From Longimicrobiales bacterium (lineage in GTDB: Bacteria; Gemmatimonadota; Gemmatimonadetes; Longimicrobiales; Gaopeijiaceae), in assembly GCA_965206105.1 (NCBI GenBank), contig OZ242201.1, positions 588,852-652,851 on the forward strand: a stretch of DNA of 64,000 nt, given 5' to 3'. Positions 1 to 7,923 of the stretch are shown here, piece after piece (the first letter of the stretch is position 1; the number at the start of each line of letters is the position of its first letter). Both the position numbers and the translations under genes were made by a program. Below the pieces are notes generated by a model. The model saw only the letters and a list, made by a program, of their open reading frames with translations, searched no databases and had not been told where the DNA came from.

Positions 1-614
1 ACGATGGCGAAGACGAGGCGATCGGGCCCGTGGTGACCGGCGACTACGATCCCGACACCTGGGCGCACGACGGAGTGATCGTCGAGTGGCAACTGTGGAA
101 GTCGAAGATCGCATGCACCCCGCACGCCGCCTTCGTGGTGGCGGAGTACGGTACCGACCTGGTGCCATCGGAGTACGACGAGGAATCGGATTCGGTCACC
201 GTCTACTACCGCGCGAGCAACCGGAAGGGCAGGCTGCTGATCCCCGAGGCATTGGCGGTGGGCCAGGCGGAGACCGTGGGGCCGGAGGCGGCAACGGACG
301 GCCGGGGCAACCTCGTGCTCGTCGGCGTGGCCAGCGTCCGATTGGTGGGACTGTGGGGCGGCTTCAAGGTAACCGGCGCCGTAGTCGATCCCGCGAGCGG
401 GTGCCACGCCGTGATCCGCAACCCGAAATCGAACCTGTTTGAGCGGAAGTTCATGGGCATCTATCGCGACAGCGCGGTGGTGGCGAACGAACACTACGAA
501 GACGACGGACGGGGAACCGTCCGCTTCTTCAACTATGCCCATCAGGTGGGGCTCTACCCGCTACGCCGAATCAGCGGCAAGCCGTGTGCGGGGATGCTGC
601 CTTCGGTGGGGTAG
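1..614 (+). CDS. hypothetical protein, 5' end probably outside window
   Basis: ORF track 30..614. The same frame stays open back to nt 3. No motif I recognise. Confidence 0.4.
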   Translation, partial: DGEDEAIGPVVTGDYDPDTWAHDGVIVEWQLWKSKIACTPHAAFVVAEYGTDLVPSEYDEESDSVTVYYRASNRKGRLLIPEALAVGQAETVGPEAATDGRGNLVLVGVASVRLVGLWGGFKVTGAVVDPASGCHAVIRNPKSNLFERKFMGIYRDSAVVANEHYEDDGRGTVRFFNYAHQVGLYPLRRISGKPCAGMLPSVG

Positions 615-626
615 GCCCCGATCCCC

Positions 627-1673
627 CTAACTCGCCGTCCCCCTCACCACCACCGTCACCTCCACATCCGCGTACAACCCGCCATCATCCGCCCGCCCCC
701 GCAGCAGATACGTCCCCGGCCTGTCGAAGGTCACGTCAACCGTCCACCGCCCGTCCTCGGGCAGCGCCGGCGGCACCCACAGCGGCGCCCATGGCGAATT
801 CGCTCCGGCACGCGTGTCCTCCCACCCCTTGATCTGCGGCGGATCGAAGGTGACGGCGCCCGCGAGGCCGGGGTCGTTCGCGCCCACCTCTTCGGCGGCG
901 GCCACCTGCCGGTCCACGCCCCCGCCCCCTTCCCCGCGGTACAGGAACCACGACATGAAGAGGCCGTTCACCTTCTGCACGGTGATCCGGGACGGGGGCC
1001 TCAGCTGCCTGCTGCTGAGGGTCGGCGGCGCGTTCCAGATCGAGTCGGCGCGGGCGGAGTCTTCCGCTGTTTCCGGTGGGTCCGGCGGAGAAGGGCGGCG
1101 CGATCGCAGCAGGCCATCGTCCTCGACGAGCACGCTGATCGTCAGCGGGCGGCCCACGGTGGTCTGCAGCTCGTTCGGCCCTTCGAGGCTGATCGTCGGG
1201 GGCTGGTTGCCACGAATCCGCGCATCACTGGAGCCCGCCCCGAGTGCGCCCGTCTCGGACATGATCACCGTGTTGTCGACGACGTAGTCCGGCCTAAGCG
1301 TCGCGTAGGCGCGTTCGGTGACTCCGTTCGTCGTCAGCGTCCACACCAGCTCCTTGTCCCCCCAATCGGCTGGCACGCGCACCTCGAAGACGAAGCGGTT
1401 GCGGCGCGGCAGGAAGTGGGTTGGCTGCCCGCGGTCCGCGGGCCCCGGCGAGAACCCGTTTTCCTCGCCGACCGGCACATCGAGCTCCTCGCTCCAGTTC
1501 CGGTTCATGTAGCCGAAGAGGAAGCTGAAGGTGCCGTCCTCGTTCGGCACCCAACCCTCGAAGGCGGGAGCGACGTTCTGGCCACGCTGGTAGGTCTGGG
1601 CGGCGGCGTCCTGGAGGCAGACGGCGCTGGCCGCCAAAAGCAGAACCGCGAGCCGGGTCTTCACTCCGCGCAT
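627..1673 (-). CDS. exported protein of unknown function, partner of the cytochrome c/Cu-monooxygenase-like gene; paralog of 20408..21298
   Basis: Lies inside ORF 627..1841. The ATG at 1673 gives a signal peptide (MRGVKTRLAVLLLAASAVCLQDAAAQ) and sits 4 nt after the stop of 1678..3327. Shares blocks with 20408..21298 (FEGW..N.DGTF..SFG, QPTHF..R.R, VWT(L/I)T.NG). Confidence 0.7.
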   Translation of the reverse strand: MRGVKTRLAVLLLAASAVCLQDAAAQTYQRGQNVAPAFEGWVPNEDGTFSFLFGYMNRNWSEELDVPVGEENGFSPGPADRGQPTHFLPRRNRFVFEVRVPADWGDKELVWTLTTNGVTERAYATLRPDYVVDNTVIMSETGALGAGSSDARIRGNQPPTISLEGPNELQTTVGRPLTISVLVEDDGLLRSRRPSPPDPPETAEDSARADSIWNAPPTLSSRQLRPPSRITVQKVNGLFMSWFLYRGEGGGGVDRQVAAAEEVGANDPGLAGAVTFDPPQIKGWEDTRAGANSPWAPLWVPPALPEDGRWTVDVTFDRPGTYLLRGRADDGGLYADVEVTVVVRGTAS

Positions 1674-1677
1674 TGGG

Positions 1678-3327
1678 CTACCGGTTGCCTCGGTTGGCAT
1701 CGCTGCCCCGGCCAGCACCGTTGCCCTGGTCAGCATCGTTGCCTCGACCCGGCCCATCACCCGCCCCGCGCCCGTTGCCCGACCCGTTCCCGTTCCCGCT
1801 GCGATCTGCCGATCCCGCTCCACCCCCCTGCGCCCCGTCATCCGCCCAATACTCAGGATTCCCGTTCGCCGGGATCACCATGCAGAGCGGGCACCCGACC
1901 ACATGATCGTTCGGGCCCAGCGCGAGCTTCGCGCGCCGCCTCGCCATCTCCTCCACGAACTGCTCGTCGGTGAGTTCGACCCGCATCCCGAGGTCGATGA
2001 ACATGTTCGCCACCGAGCGGTTCCCCGAGCCCTGCCAGTTGCGGGTGTCCGGCACGTTGCGGTTCGCGTCCGACGTGTCCATGTAGCCGATGATGTGCAG
2101 GATGGTCCCCTTCGGCAGCAGCGGCTGGTGGTCCTGCGCGTAGGTGTAGCCGCGGACCCAGTTGTGATCGTAGCCGACGCAGTTGATCGTCTCGACGTTG
2201 AAGCCCCAGATCGCCTCGAGGCACATGCGCATCCCGGGCGCGTGCAGGTGGGGCTCGAAGGTGACGATCTTGGTGTGCTGGTTCAGGACCTGGTAGGCGT
2301 GCAGCTCCTGCCCCGCCTCGCCGGCGCGGATGTCGATGTCGCTGCCGTTGCCGAGTCCGAAGGAAGTCCGCCGGTATTTCGGCTCGTAGTCGGGGGGATG
2401 GAAGCGGAAGCCGATCTCCAGGTGGGCGCGGGTGTCGCGGCCGTTGGAGTGCAGGTGAAGCGAGTTGGAGACGATGGACGAGCCCGCGCGCAGGAGGCGT
2501 CCGGCGTCCTGGTCGAAGATGTCGGGTTCGCGGCCGACTTCGTGGACGGGCCATGTCACGACGCTGGACCGGGTCCGGGTGCCGTCCTCCAGGGTCTCGG
2601 CCGCCTTGTACGTGCTCCAGATCATGTGATGCACGACGAACCGGCCGCCGACGGTGTGGCGGCCTTCGTGTCCGCCGTCCGCGGTCCGTCCGACGTCGTT
2701 CACCTCGCGGATCTCGACCGACTTGACGTAGCGGTCCTCCTCCAGACCCGTCGGGATGGGCTCGATGTCGCCCCACCAGTCGGGCACGTCGCTCTCGACC
2801 AGTACCTCGGGCAGCTTCACGATCAGGTCCGGTTCGCCCGCGACCCACACCACGTCGTCGTCGAATTCGAGGGGCGGCGGCAGGTCGGCGGGATCGCCCT
2901 CGGGGGTGCCCGCGCGCCACCAGCGCGCCAGCGCGTCGATCTCCCAGTCCTGGAGCGACATGTCGTCCTTGAAGTGCTGGATCCCGATGTCCTTCTCGAC
3001 GTACCAGGGCGGCATGGCCCCGGCGCGGTCCCGGATCCCGGTGCGGCGGACGACCTGGCTCGCGTACTCCTTCACCTCGTCGAACTCGACCAGCGACATC
3101 GGCGCCACGCCGCCATCGCGGTGGCACCGCACGCAGGAGCGCTGCAGGATCGGCGCGATGTCGCGGCTGAAGGTGACTTCGTTCTGGGCGGCGGTGCCGT
3201 TGGCGGGGCCGTTGGTTTGAGCAGTGAGGGCGGGTGCGGAGAGGGCCACGCCGGCAATCCCCGCAAGGGCGAAGGCTCCTGTCAACGAGGGAGAATTCTG
3301 GTCAGCTTCGCAATCGACATTCTGCAC
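1678..3327 (-). CDS. cytochrome c domain fused to PHM/DBH-like copper monooxygenase-like domain; paralog of 19029..20408
   Basis: Signal peptide, then a CxxCH heme motif (CVRCH) with downstream MPPW. His/Met pattern follows: VHHM, LHLH, PHLHAPGM, ANMF. Gly/Asn/Arg low-complexity tail. Confidence 0.75.
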   Translation of the reverse strand: MQNVDCEADQNSPSLTGAFALAGIAGVALSAPALTAQTNGPANGTAAQNEVTFSRDIAPILQRSCVRCHRDGGVAPMSLVEFDEVKEYASQVVRRTGIRDRAGAMPPWYVEKDIGIQHFKDDMSLQDWEIDALARWWRAGTPEGDPADLPPPLEFDDDVVWVAGEPDLIVKLPEVLVESDVPDWWGDIEPIPTGLEEDRYVKSVEIREVNDVGRTADGGHEGRHTVGGRFVVHHMIWSTYKAAETLEDGTRTRSSVVTWPVHEVGREPDIFDQDAGRLLRAGSSIVSNSLHLHSNGRDTRAHLEIGFRFHPPDYEPKYRRTSFGLGNGSDIDIRAGEAGQELHAYQVLNQHTKIVTFEPHLHAPGMRMCLEAIWGFNVETINCVGYDHNWVRGYTYAQDHQPLLPKGTILHIIGYMDTSDANRNVPDTRNWQGSGNRSVANMFIDLGMRVELTDEQFVEEMARRRAKLALGPNDHVVGCPLCMVIPANGNPEYWADDGAQGGGAGSADRSGNGNGSGNGRGAGDGPGRGNDADQGNGAGRGSDANRGNR

Positions 3328-3635
3328 GGCTCCTTACCGAAGGGGGCGACCCGGTCACGGTGGAAAGTCTACCCGGTCGGTCTGCTGTGCGCAAAGTGGT
3401 GCCAACCGGCCGGCCGGACCATCCACGATGCCCCGCGCAGCCAGGTGACGCATTCGACCCGGTCCCCGCCACGCACTCCCCGCACCCCGATGCCGCGGCG
3501 ACCCAGCCCGGTTGACCCCGCAGGCGCGGACGCCAACCTTGTCCACCACGCGCCCCCGTCCCACCCCAGCCGCCACGCCCTCCATGCACCGCACCGCCCT
3601 CATCACAGCCGCATTCCTCGCCCCACTCGTCACGC

Positions 3636-4574
3636 ATGCGGTCCCGCCGACAGCGGTTCGAGCGATGCCGCCCCGGCCGAGACACCCGCCACCGCCGTCA
3701 CTCCGGCGCTGCCCGAAGGCGCCGAAGCCTTCTCCCTGCTCGGCGAGCCGCTCTCCCCACCCCGGCTTCCCCCGAGGTGGCGGCCCGGCGTGAAGACGAC
3801 ATCGCCGCCGCCCAGGCCGACTACGACGCCGACCCCGACGACGCCGACGCAATCATCTGGCTCGGCCGGCGCATCGGCTACACCGGCCACTACCGCGACG
3901 CGATCGAAGTCTTCTCCGAGGGCGTCCGCAAGCACCCCGACGACGCGCGCATGTACCGCCACCGCGGACACCGCTGGATCAGCGTCCGCGAATTCGACCG
4001 GGCCATCGAGGATCTGTCCCATGCGGCCGTGCTCATCGCAGGGCAGCCCGACGAGGCGGAACCCGACGGCCAGCCCAACGAACGCGGCATCCCGACGAGC
4101 ACGCTGCAGTCGAACATCCACTACCACCTCGCCCTCGCCCACTACCTCAAGGGCGACTTCGAGACCGCCCTCCAGTCATACGAAGACTACTTCGCCGTGA
4201 CCACCAACCCCGACCAGCTCGTCGCGATCTCGCACTGGTGGTACATGGCGCTCCGCCGCCTGGGCCGCGACGAGGAAGCTGCGGCCGTGCTGGAGCCGGT
4301 CACCGCGGAGCTCGACGTGATCGAGAACACGAGCTATCACCGCCTCCTCCTGATGTACAAGGGCGAAATCGAGGCGGACGAACTGTGGGACCCGGAGAGC
4401 GAGGACCCCGCCGGCGTGGCGATCGCGTACGGGGTCGCCAACTGGCACCTCTACAACGGGCGTGCGGAGCAGGCGGAGGAGATGTTCCGCCGCATACTGG
4501 AGGGGTCCGGCTGGGCGGGCTTCGGCTACATCGCGGCCGAGGCGGAGATCGCCCGGCTCGGCGCTACCCGCTAA
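3636..4574 (+). CDS. TPR repeat protein (start uncertain)
   Basis: ORF 3636..4574. TPR-like helices are present (AIEVFSEGVRKHPDDARMYRHRGHRW, YHLALAHYLKGDFETALQSYEDY). The N-terminal about 45 codons look non-native. A signal peptide-like segment lies in other frames upstream (see findings). Confidence 0.7.
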   Translation: MRSRRQRFERCRPGRDTRHRRHSGAARRRRSLLPARRAALPTPASPEVAARREDDIAAAQADYDADPDDADAIIWLGRRIGYTGHYRDAIEVFSEGVRKHPDDARMYRHRGHRWISVREFDRAIEDLSHAAVLIAGQPDEAEPDGQPNERGIPTSTLQSNIHYHLALAHYLKGDFETALQSYEDYFAVTTNPDQLVAISHWWYMALRRLGRDEEAAAVLEPVTAELDVIENTSYHRLLLMYKGEIEADELWDPESEDPAGVAIAYGVANWHLYNGRAEQAEEMFRRILEGSGWAGFGYIAAEAEIARLGATR

Positions 4575-5920
4575 CGCTCCACGTTCGCCCCCACCAACTG
4601 CGCGATCGCGGCCAGCGTCGTCTGCGCCGCGTTCAGCCCGAGCCGGAAGTCGTCATCCGTGTACGTCGTCCACACGTCGGTGGGCTGGTGCCAGTTCGGG
4701 TTCCACCCCGCCCCCACCTGCGCACCGCGCTCGTTCTCCCGCAGGCTGATCGCCGCGACGAGGTTCATGAAGGGCGTCGAATCGGTGTTGGTCATGTGCG
4801 GGCCGACCGTGGCCGGGTAGTCCGTCGCATAGCGCGCGTTTGCGAACTTGAAGAGGAACGCCAGGTTCATCGACTCCTCGACCATCTCCGAGTTCCACTG
4901 GAATTCGATGTTGACGTCGGCCTCGGGCCGCTGGTTGCGGCTGACCCGCCCGTCCGGACCCGGCGCTCCGTGATCCCACAGCATCATGTCGTGCTGGACC
5001 ATCCCCAGCCACCTGGGCTCGGGATACCGGCCGGAGCCCGGGGGATCCTCGATGCCCTGCAGCTCCTGGCGCTGCTCCACGTAAGCCCGCGCGCCGTTCA
5101 GCCCGGTCTCCTCGTTGTTCCACAGGATGAAGCGGATCGAGCGCTCGGTCTCCACGTCCGGCGAGCTGAAGATGCGGGCCAGCTCCATGACCAGCGCCGT
5201 GCCGGAGCCGTCGTCGTCCACCGCCTCGTTGACGCCGTGGCCGTCCATGTGCGCGCCCAGGATGTACATCTCGTCGGGGCGGGTGGTGCCGACCTTGGTG
5301 CAGTAGACCTGGGAGCGGTCGCCGTCGACCGGCTCCTCGCGGTTGAGCTCGCGGATGCGCTCGTCGGGCTGCGCCATGAGGCCGCGGTTGACGCCGGTGC
5401 GGCCCCGGTAGCCGAAGATGGTGCTGCCGCCGGAGCCGCGTCCCCGGCGTCCCACGAGGCCTCCGGTCGCCGTCGTCAGGTCCTCGACCTGCTGGCGGGG
5501 TGGGGGACGGCGGGCGGCGCCCTGGGCCTGAGCCGGCGTTCGGCGCGGCGGATCGGCGAACCGCACCGGCGCATACTCGTAGTGGACGCGCTCGGTGTTC
5601 GTGCAGCCTGCGTCCTGCAGCCAGGCCTCGATCCAGTCCACCGCGTCGCGGTTGCGCTGCGTGCCCTGGCGGCGGTCGCCGAACTGCGTCAGCCCCTTCA
5701 GCGTCGCCTTGTACTCGTCGAGGGTGAGGCGCTCGACCATGACGGCGACGGGGTCGACCTCCTGCTCCTCCTGCTCCTGCAGGGCGGCAAGCGGCCGGGT
5801 GGCGGCACCCACGGCCAGAAGCGACAGAACTGTAAGGAGAACACGACATTTAGTAATGGTCTCTTTACAGTCTCGGCGAGTGCCATCGGTTTGGAGTGGT
5901 GCGGGCGGGTGGCAGGGCAT
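4571..5920 (-). CDS. M28 family metallopeptidase (aminopeptidase-like), exported
   Basis: M28 motifs are present: GAHMDGHG, DDDGSGTA, NNEETGLNGA. Signal-like RVLLTVLSLLAVGAA. The start is set at the in-frame ATG 5920. An alternative start problem is described in findings. Confidence 0.85.
   Translation of the reverse strand: MPCHPPAPLQTDGTRRDCKETITKCRVLLTVLSLLAVGAATRPLAALQEQEEQEVDPVAVMVERLTLDEYKATLKGLTQFGDRRQGTQRNRDAVDWIEAWLQDAGCTNTERVHYEYAPVRFADPPRRTPAQAQGAARRPPPRQQVEDLTTATGGLVGRRGRGSGGSTIFGYRGRTGVNRGLMAQPDERIRELNREEPVDGDRSQVYCTKVGTTRPDEMYILGAHMDGHGVNEAVDDDGSGTALVMELARIFSSPDVETERSIRFILWNNEETGLNGARAYVEQRQELQGIEDPPGSGRYPEPRWLGMVQHDMMLWDHGAPGPDGRVSRNQRPEADVNIEFQWNSEMVEESMNLAFLFKFANARYATDYPATVGPHMTNTDSTPFMNLVAAISLRENERGAQVGAGWNPNWHQPTDVWTTYTDDDFRLGLNAAQTTLAAIAQLVGANVER
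5832..5868 (-). repeat. 37-bp AT-rich bipartite element, copy A (units inverted)
   Basis: Minus strand reads GTAAAGAGACCATTAC-TAAAT-GTCGTGTTCTCCTTAC. Lies in the 5' region of the M28 gene. Confidence 0.8.
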
Positions 5921-6032
5921 GGGACCTCCTTGGGAAGGCGCGGACGCCGGCTCCGGTCGTCCGGCCGTGGATCGCAGATTCCCCAAGTGGGTACCGTAGG
6001 GCGGCGGCGGCGTGGCCGCAAGCGTCCCGGTG

Positions 6033-6299
6033 CTAGCGGGACCCCCCTTCCTGTGCCCGCACGTAGCTCTCGAGTACGCGGTTCATGCGCGTCTGGTAGC
6101 CCTTTCCGGGAGCCTTGAAATAGGCCAGCACCGAGCGCTTGACGCGCATGGTGATCTGGTCCGTGCGATCGGGTTCGACGAGTTCCGCCCGGTCCCAGAA
6201 ATTTTCGTCCAGTTCCGGAATATCGCTGAAGTCGATGTCTTCGTCCTTCACTTCGGCGATTTGCTCGGGAGTGAGGGGTTCATCGTAACGTCCGCTCAT
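6033..6299 (-). CDS. brnA: BrnA-type antitoxin (type II TA)
   Basis: 88 aa. The layout PLTPEQIAEVKDEDIDFSDIPELDENFW ... KGYQTRMNRVLESYV is typical of BrnA antitoxins. Confidence 0.75.
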   Translation of the reverse strand: MSGRYDEPLTPEQIAEVKDEDIDFSDIPELDENFWDRAELVEPDRTDQITMRVKRSVLAYFKAPGKGYQTRMNRVLESYVRAQEGGSR

Positions 6300-6462
6300 G
6301 GTGGATTCTCTTTTCCTTGCGCGATGCCGGGCGGGCAGAGATCAGACGGTACCTACGAATTGTAGTTATAGCAACCCCGGACGGCGTCCACAGGCCGATG
6401 GGATTATCTTTCCGCCTGCGGTGTATGACCCGCAGACCCCACCTGAAGAGAGGAGGATTGAC
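6280..6462 (-). pseudogene. brnT: truncated BrnT toxin remnant (C-terminal part only)
   Basis: The tail of minus ORF 6280..7275 reads IGLWTPSGVAITTIRRYRLISARPASRKEKRIHHE. This matches the BrnT C-terminal signature (..ISxRPASKKER..). It overlaps the brnA start by 20 nt. No in-frame ATG/GTG/TTG occurs before it runs antisense into the Leu dehydrogenase gene. Confidence 0.4.
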
Positions 6463-6468
6463 CCTACG

Positions 6469-7524
6469 ATGACGGTGTTTCCGCTGATGGGCGAACACGA
6501 CTACGAAAAGCTGGTTTTCTGCAACGACAACGACTCGGGACTCCGAGCGATCATCGCGATACATGACACGACCCTGGGCCCTGCACTGGGCGGGATCCGC
6601 ATGCTCCCCTACCCCACCGAGGAGGAGGCGCTGAACGACGTGCTGCGCCTGGCGCGCGGCATGACCTACAAGGCCGCGATCAGCGGCGTGGACCTGGGCG
6701 GCGGCAAGTCCGTCGTCATCGGCGACGCCAGAACGGGCAAGAACCCGGCGCTGCTCCGCGCCATGGGCCGGTTCATCGAGACGATGGCGGGCGAGTACAT
6801 AGCGGGACAGGACATCGGCACCAATTCCCACGACATGGCGGTGATCCGGGGCGCGACACGGCACGTGTCCTGTGTGAACGAGTCTGCCGGCGGCGCGGGA
6901 GACCCTTCGCGGACGACTGCGTACGGGGTCAGCTGCGGCATTCGCGCGGTGCTCAAGGCGACGAACGGGAGCGACTCGATCGGGGGGCGGCACATTGCGA
7001 TCCAGGGGCTCGGCAATGTTGGATTCGCGCTGGCGCGCTTCTGTCACGAGGCGGGCGCGCGGCTGACCGTGACCGACATCTACGAGCCGGTTCTGGCGAA
7101 GGCGGCCAGCGAGCTGGGGGCCGAGGTGGTCGGTCCGGACGCAATCTACGACGTGGAGTGCGACGTCTTCTCGCCGAACTCGATCGGCGCCGTGATCAAC
7201 GACGACACGATCCCGCGCCTGCGGTGTCCCGCGGTCGCCGGCGGTGCCAACAACGCGCTGGCCGAAGACCGCCACGGGGACGAGCTGAAGGCGAGGGGAA
7301 TCGTCTACGGACCCGACTTCCTGGTGAACGCGGGCGGCCTCATCCGCTCCCAGGAAGAGGTGAACGGCCGCGCGACCGAGGACTTCACGGTCTACTCCAA
7401 GGTGGCCAACATCTACGATCAGACCCTGCAGGTGATCGCGATGGCGGACGAGTTGGGGATCAGCACTGCGCGGGCGGCCGACTGGATGGCCGAGGAGAGG
7501 ATCGCGGCGGCGAAGGGGCGGTAG
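6469..7524 (+). CDS. ldh: leucine (Glu/Leu/Phe/Val family) dehydrogenase
   Basis: The ATG at 6469 is preceded by GAAGAGAGGAGGA. Motifs GGIRM, DLGGGKSVV and the Rossmann IQGLGNVG are present. Confidence 0.9.
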   Translation: MTVFPLMGEHDYEKLVFCNDNDSGLRAIIAIHDTTLGPALGGIRMLPYPTEEEALNDVLRLARGMTYKAAISGVDLGGGKSVVIGDARTGKNPALLRAMGRFIETMAGEYIAGQDIGTNSHDMAVIRGATRHVSCVNESAGGAGDPSRTTAYGVSCGIRAVLKATNGSDSIGGRHIAIQGLGNVGFALARFCHEAGARLTVTDIYEPVLAKAASELGAEVVGPDAIYDVECDVFSPNSIGAVINDDTIPRLRCPAVAGGANNALAEDRHGDELKARGIVYGPDFLVNAGGLIRSQEEVNGRATEDFTVYSKVANIYDQTLQVIAMADELGISTARAADWMAEERIAAAKGR

Positions 7525-7584
7525 AATGCCTGGGACCGGGCCAGCGGCTCGAAGGGATATGCTGCCAGGCAGAGATCCTGGACT

Positions 7585-7869
7585 TCAACGGGCCGTTACG
7601 GGAAAGAGGACTTCGCCGGTGAAGGCGTCGCTGACGGTGATCGCGGAGGTGGGACAGTTGCTCGCCGCCTCGAGAACGTCTTCCAGCGTGTCTCCCTCGG
7701 GGTCGACCACCTCGGACTGCCGCCAATGGTTGAGCGCGAAGACGCCGGGCGCCAGTTCCAGACACATGGCGCTGCCGACGCAGCGCAAGTGGTCGACCTG
7801 GATGTCCAGCGGCGGGGGCGGATTTCCGACCGGCCCGCGCGCGCGTGGTGTCTCGTTCATGCGGGCCAC
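7585..7869 (-). CDS. small ferredoxin (3Fe-4S/4Fe-4S type)
   Basis: CVGSAMC ... CPTSAI cysteine pattern. Start uncertain. Confidence 0.65.
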   Translation of the reverse strand: MARMNETPRARGPVGNPPPPLDIQVDHLRCVGSAMCLELAPGVFALNHWRQSEVVDPEGDTLEDVLEAASNCPTSAITVSDAFTGEVLFPVTAR

Positions 7870-7923
7870 CTTACCGGCAACTATCCAGCCCTGCCACGGG
7901 CAGCGAAGTGCTTAGTTTCATCC

